A DNA stretch of 64,000 nucleotides, from positions 544,001-608,000 of the forward strand of contig CAWAOD010000005.1 in NCBI GenBank assembly GCA_963783575.1. The letters run 5' to 3'. The notes under the pieces are model-generated. The model was not told where the DNA came from. It made no database searches and saw only the letters and a program-made list of their open reading frames with translations. The DNA is from an uncultured Spirochaetota bacterium. GTDB taxonomy: Bacteria > Spirochaetota > Brevinematia > Brevinematales > JAOACQ01. The position numbers were made by a program, and so were the translations under genes. Positions 59,750 to 64,000 of the stretch are shown in pieces. Numbering within the stretch: the stretch's first letter is position 1; the number at the start of each line of letters is the position of its first letter.

Positions 59750-60445
59750 ATGAAACGCTGGGCAAAACCCCTGATCTTTTTCGGTATTTTAATTGTGATT
59801 TTTATCTTAATCCGTTTTACAAAAATCGGCGCTATCCTGACCTTTGAAAATCTAATGCATTCAAGAGAAGCTGTTAAAAATTTCGTTTCTTTTCACTACT
59901 TAATTTCGGTTTTAATTTTCATTGCCATATACATTATCGTAACGAGTTTTTCCATACCCGGCGCGCTTATTCTGACATTGTCCGGAGGATTTCTTTTCAG
60001 CACCGTTCCCGGTGCTTTATTTGTGAATGTCGGAGCGACAATCGGGGCCTGCAACGCTTTTCTTGCCTCACGCTATTTTCTTGGGGATTTTGTTCAGGAA
60101 AAATATGCTGATAAATTATCCGGTTTTAACTCAGAGATAAAGTCAAACGGGGCAGGCTATCTTCTGACATTACGTTTTATACCGGTTTTTCCATTCTTTC
60201 TTATCAATCTTCTTGCCGGATTGACAAAGGTCCGATTTTTTACATTTTTCTGGACAACATCGGCAGGCATTTTACCCGCTTCACTGGTCTATACTTACAC
60301 GGGCAGCAACCTGGCCGAATTGAAATCGGTTTCAGGCATATTTTCATGGAAAATATTATCCGTTCTCATCCTGCTTGGGGTTTTCTCGATACTTCCAGGT
60401 TTTTTAAAAAAGATTTTCCGAAAAAATAATTTAAGGAGTAATTGA
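59750..60445 (+). CDS. TVP38/TMEM64 (DedA superfamily, YdjX/YdjZ-like) membrane protein
   Basis: SIPGALILTL.GG, GATIGA..AFLASRY, LRFIPVFPFFLIN, GILP..YTYTG. Confidence 0.9.
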   Translation: MKRWAKPLIFFGILIVIFILIRFTKIGAILTFENLMHSREAVKNFVSFHYLISVLIFIAIYIIVTSFSIPGALILTLSGGFLFSTVPGALFVNVGATIGACNAFLASRYFLGDFVQEKYADKLSGFNSEIKSNGAGYLLTLRFIPVFPFFLINLLAGLTKVRFFTFFWTTSAGILPASLVYTYTGSNLAELKSVSGIFSWKILSVLILLGVFSILPGFLKKIFRKNNLRSN

Positions 60446-60455
60446 GGAGGTTTGT

Positions 60456-60905
60456 ATGCGTAAAATTTTGTTTAATATTTTAGTTGGGGTGGCGGTCACA
60501 TCTCAAAGCCAGGGTAAGATAACCCTTGGTGTTGTTGACGGAAAACTTGCCCCCTGTCCTGCTTCACCGAACTGCGTTTCCACACAGGCCGATCCTTCGG
60601 ACAAGGAGCATTATATTCAGCCTATACATTATGCAACAGCCCGTCAGCAGGCGAAAGAAACCCTTTTATCGGCAATTATGGAAATAAAAAAAGTCACCGT
60701 CATAACAAACACCGATGACTACATTTACGCTGAATTCCGGACGGCCCTGATGAATTTTACCGATGATGTGGAATTTTATTTTCCCGAGAATGAGCCTGTG
60801 ATCTATTTCCGTTCCGCTTCCCGCATAGGTTACGGGGATATGGGCACAAACCGTAAAAGAATGGAAGATGTCAGGAAACGCTTCATGCAGAAAATAAAAT
60901 TATAA
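60456..60905 (+). CDS. Exported DUF1499 domain protein
   Basis: LAPCPASPNCVSTQ, FTDDVEF, RSASRIGYGDMGTNRKR. Confidence 0.88.
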   Translation: MRKILFNILVGVAVTSQSQGKITLGVVDGKLAPCPASPNCVSTQADPSDKEHYIQPIHYATARQQAKETLLSAIMEIKKVTVITNTDDYIYAEFRTALMNFTDDVEFYFPENEPVIYFRSASRIGYGDMGTNRKRMEDVRKRFMQKIKL

Positions 60906-60971
60906 GAAAAAACTATCAGACACGTTTCTTTTTTATTATCTGATAATTGATGCTATTCAAAAAAATCTATT

Positions 60972-61014
60972 AATACACCACACTGTCACTAAAAACAGTG
61001 TGGTGTATTTTATT
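60972..61014. terminator. Intrinsic terminator between convergent genes
   Basis: AATACACCACACTGT-CACTAAAA-ACAGTGTGGTGTATT followed by a T-rich tract. Confidence 0.85.
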
Positions 61015-61039
61015 GTTTTTTTATACCTGAAGAAATATA

Positions 61040-62098
61040 TTATTTGCTGAACCTTGCCCTTTCATCAAGAGGCACAAGCAGTATTACAATTCTCCTGTTC
61101 TGTGCCCTGCCTTCCTCAGTATCATTTGAAGCGATCGGGTTGTATTTCCCATACCCCGTCGCTTTCATAAGTGAAGGATTTACACCCTGCGATTCCAGGA
61201 ACCGGACAATGGTCGTTGCCCTGGCTGTTGACAATTCCCAGTTGGATGGATATTTCCATTTATATTTATCCGCAATCGGCACATTGTCAGTGTATCCTTC
61301 CACCCTGATCTGTTTATCTGTGATGTTCTTCAAATCTTTTGAAATTCTCTGCAGTACTTTTTCTCCGTTTTTCTTGATATCGGCTCTCCCCGAATCAAAG
61401 AATATTTTATCGAGAAAATCGATGCTGAGCTGGTCGCTCAACTGTTTGATCTTGACATCGCCGTTAGCGATTTCATCTTTAAATTCCGCCGTTAGATTGC
61501 TTGATGTTGCTGTTAATCTTGCTATTTCGGCGTCCTTCTGCGCCGTGATATTGGAATTTTCAGTCGAAATGGATTCCAATCTTTTTTCCAGCCCTGCTAT
61601 CTCATTGTCTTTTGAATTGATCTGATCCTGCAGGGCTTTCATCTTCTGATCGTTATCCTTCATGGTTGCATTCAGGCTGTCGATCTGTTTTCCGAGTACG
61701 CCTTTTTCGTTATTAACAGTGTTTTTCATACTTAAATAATCGTTACTCAGCTTTGATATTGTTTTCATTAAAGCATTATTCTGAACCTGCAGCGTGCCAA
61801 GCTGCTCCTTATCCAGATCCCTGTCTTTATTCAGGCTGTCAATTTCAGCAGCCGAATTGGAATAATCATCCTGAAGCTTGGCAAGCTGATCTTTAAGCCC
61901 GGCGTTCTGAATCAGTGAATTAGAATAGTCGCTCTGAAGACCGGCAAGCTTCGAGCTCAGGTCCTTGTTCTGTGAGGCCAGGCTGGCGTTTTCTTCCTGC
62001 AGTTTTGCCGATTCATCAGGCTTCACAGCGGCCTTTGAACATCCTATAAATAGTATAAGTATTAAAGTTACAATAATAATATACAATGATCTTATCAT
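61040..62098 (-). CDS. Coiled-coil lipoprotein with OmpA/MotB-like peptidoglycan-binding domain
   Basis: Lipobox FIGC; long heptad region; IFFDSG.A, VEGYTDNVPI, SNWELSTARA, AQNRRIVI. Confidence 0.88.
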   Translation of the reverse strand: MIRSLYIIIVTLILILFIGCSKAAVKPDESAKLQEENASLASQNKDLSSKLAGLQSDYSNSLIQNAGLKDQLAKLQDDYSNSAAEIDSLNKDRDLDKEQLGTLQVQNNALMKTISKLSNDYLSMKNTVNNEKGVLGKQIDSLNATMKDNDQKMKALQDQINSKDNEIAGLEKRLESISTENSNITAQKDAEIARLTATSSNLTAEFKDEIANGDVKIKQLSDQLSIDFLDKIFFDSGRADIKKNGEKVLQRISKDLKNITDKQIRVEGYTDNVPIADKYKWKYPSNWELSTARATTIVRFLESQGVNPSLMKATGYGKYNPIASNDTEEGRAQNRRIVILLVPLDERARFSK

Positions 62099-62181
62099 AT
62101 AAACCTCCTATGATAAAAATTTCATATAAAAATCATGTTTTGTTCATTATAATCTCATTTCCAAATTAAATATTGTTCCAA

Positions 62182-63018
62182 TTATTTATTCTCGATCTCA
62201 CTCAATTGATAAACCTCTTTATCAACTATTACAATCTGTATCCTTCTGTTCCTTGACTTTCCTTCATCTGTATCATTTGGAGCAATCGGCCTGTATTCAC
62301 TGTAAGAGATTGCTGAAAGTCCGCTGGGATTCAGGCCCTCTTTTTCCTGCAGGTACCTTACAACATTAATAGCCCTTGCCGCGCCTAATTCCCAGTTTGT
62401 AGGATATTTAGCCCTCAGTTCCGATCTTATCGGCACATTGTCAGTATGCCCTTCTATTCTTATGACCTTACCGGTCAGCTGTTTGAAAACAGGGGCAATT
62501 TTATGAAGAAATGTTTCCCCGGCTGGTTTTATGACCGCTTCACCGGAATCAAAAAATATCTTTTCTTTAATGTAAACTGTAATAGCGTTATTTATCACAT
62601 CAAGCTGGATATCTCCGGAGGCTATTTCATCCTTCATTTTATTTTTCAGGTCATTGTAAACAACATCTCCGCGGTAGGCTTTCTTCATTAAAATATCTTT
62701 TTCCGCCTGATCCGCGTCTTTTAACCTTTTGATCTGGTCAATAAGAGAAGCATTAGCTTTTGACAACCTTTCCAGATCAGCGGCAGCAGCCCCTGACTTG
62801 GTAAGCCGGTCAAGCTCAGCCTGGCTGTTGCTCAGATCAGTTTCAAGTTTTTGAGTGTAAGCCTCGAGATCGGCGATCCTTTCCTGCGCCTTTGTGTCCT
62901 CATTTGCCGCAGGCGGATTTGCGGTTACAACCGGTTTAACCTCGGGTTTCTGCGTTCCGCATCCTGCGAATGTCAGTATTCCTATAATACCGGCAACTAG
63001 AACTAAATACTTCTTCAT
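62182..63018 (-). CDS. Coiled-coil lipoprotein with OmpA/MotB-like peptidoglycan-binding domain
   Basis: Lipobox FAGC; IFFDSGEA, IEGHTDNVPI, TNWELGAARA, SRNRRIQI. Start ATG 63018. Confidence 0.88.
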   Translation of the reverse strand: MKKYLVLVAGIIGILTFAGCGTQKPEVKPVVTANPPAANEDTKAQERIADLEAYTQKLETDLSNSQAELDRLTKSGAAAADLERLSKANASLIDQIKRLKDADQAEKDILMKKAYRGDVVYNDLKNKMKDEIASGDIQLDVINNAITVYIKEKIFFDSGEAVIKPAGETFLHKIAPVFKQLTGKVIRIEGHTDNVPIRSELRAKYPTNWELGAARAINVVRYLQEKEGLNPSGLSAISYSEYRPIAPNDTDEGKSRNRRIQIVIVDKEVYQLSEIENK

Positions 63019-63214
63019 AATCAATTACCTCCAAATTATTTTTGTATTATTTGATTATATTCTTTATCAGTTTCCATAGATTACTGCCTTTCCAATAATC
63101 TATTTTTAATATTATTAAAAACTTGTCAGAAAGGCAAGTAAGTAATATGAAATATAATATATTTATCCATCCCTTAATATCTGATAATAAATAATTGATA
63201 ATCATAACAGCTCC

Positions 63215-63367
63215 TCAATGAATCAATACATTTCTTATAATATACAGTATTCCAATTATTCCTATTAAAAATAAAATTGAATTCAGCAGGAAATAATCTC
63301 GAAGAATCATAGCAATAGTTAATAAGAATACAGATAAGATTAAAATAATAATTTTATTCGGATTCAT
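63215..63367 (-). CDS. Possible small two-TM membrane protein
   Basis: MNPNKIIILILSVFLLTIAMILRDYFLLNSILFLIGIIGILYIIRNVLIH; weak RBS, and AT-rich DNA can produce such ORFs by chance. Confidence 0.35.
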   Translation of the reverse strand: MNPNKIIILILSVFLLTIAMILRDYFLLNSILFLIGIIGILYIIRNVLIH

Positions 63368-63538
63368 CTTAAAAACCTTTTTTATTTTAATACGATAAAA
63401 AAAGTTAATTAAAAAGAAATAAATCGACATCAGGTTAAATCACTGAATTTTGAAAATTCAGTATCGGGAAAATTCACTTAATTTAATTTCAAACATCAGG
63501 GATTTCCTCTGATAGCAGTAGAAATTTATTATTATGAT

Positions 63539-63615
63539 TTGACGGAAATAATTACTATGCTTATAATTGACACGAATATGACTGATTAATAAAATTATTA
63601 TGATAATAATTATTC
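63539..63615 (+). promoter_or_regulatory. Tandem sigma70 promoters followed by a degenerate Fur-like box
   Basis: TTGACG-17-TATAAT (63539-63567) and TTGACA-17-TAAAAT (63567-63595); TGATAATAATTATTC at 63601-63615. Confidence 0.5.
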
Positions 63616-63681
63616 CTTATTTTATTTGATTTGATTTTTTAGAAGAATCTTATTAATATAAAAATTGACGGAGGCGGGTTT

Positions 63682-64000
63682 ATGAAAAATATTATTATTC
63701 CATCTATTATAATAATTGTCATGAGTTTTGCCGGATGCGGCGTTAAACCTGAAGAATACGCCTTGGCAACCAATGATATCCGGATTCTGGAAGGCAAAAA
63801 TCAGAATCTTGAATCCGATTACAGCAATAAAATTATGGAATTTGATAATTTAAGCAATGCTTATGCTTTTCTGTCAAATAATCCGCCGTATATAACTGAT
63901 ATAATTATCTCCAATACTATCCAGACTGATTTTGCGACCAATGTGGAAATCTCAAATATTTATTTCACCAATATAGAAGTGTTGACCAACACTGCTATTG
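63682..64000 (+). CDS. Lipoprotein, N-terminal part only (runs off window)
   Basis: Not in ORF track. GGAGG RBS; MKNIIIPSIIIIVMSFAGCGVKPEEYALATNDIRILEGKNQNLESDYSNK... with lipobox FAGC; open to the window end. Confidence 0.85.
   Translation, partial: MKNIIIPSIIIIVMSFAGCGVKPEEYALATNDIRILEGKNQNLESDYSNKIMEFDNLSNAYAFLSNNPPYITDIIISNTIQTDFATNVEISNIYFTNIEVLTNTAI

Noticed and set aside
61040..63018. Flagellar stator motB genes
   Set aside because: Lipoprotein signals instead of the Asp-containing TM helix; no motA or flagellar genes nearby.

Overview
AT-rich bacterial window with no rRNA, tRNA or CRISPR array. The GAPDH insertion pattern and lipoprotein-rich content tentatively suggest a spirochaete. 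Left to right it holds: (1) a carbohydrate ABC transporter divergent from a CBM4-GH16-CBM4 beta-1,3-glucanase, with repeated palindromic operator candidates; (2) osmC/dipZ and a patatin + YhhN lipid pair; (3) an orphan sugar ABC ATPase followed by a ~260-bp structured non-coding repeat; (4) a pentose/xylose locus (split PocR-AraC regulator, chvE-gguAB-type ABC, frameshifted ROK repressor, xylA); (5) an intact IS630; (6) a co-oriented cluster with two Fur-type boxes upstream, carrying three paralogous uncharacterised exported proteins, an Nramp transporter and an ICMT-like methyltransferase; (7) a hydrolase / sulfatase-maturase / AKR / nitroreductase / ABC run; (8) assorted accessory and housekeeping genes, including gap; (9) a ~12-kb cluster with YnjBCD-type ABC, choline-kinase-like phosphotransferase, TIGR04283- and TIGR04282-type transferases, sterol desaturase-like protein, flavin disulfide reductase, TVP38/DedA and two DUF1499 proteins, with no arsM/arsS in the window and an IS186-like element inserted into a perfect palindrome; (10) tandem coiled-coil OmpA/MotB-domain lipoproteins. 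The best candidates for undescribed systems are cluster 9 (proposed import-phosphorylate-activate-transfer-flip pathway for a head group or arsenosugar) and cluster 6 (proposed metal-regulated uptake module). Three single-base frameshifts at short homopolymers may be assembly errors. All family calls come from motif recognition by eye, not database searches.
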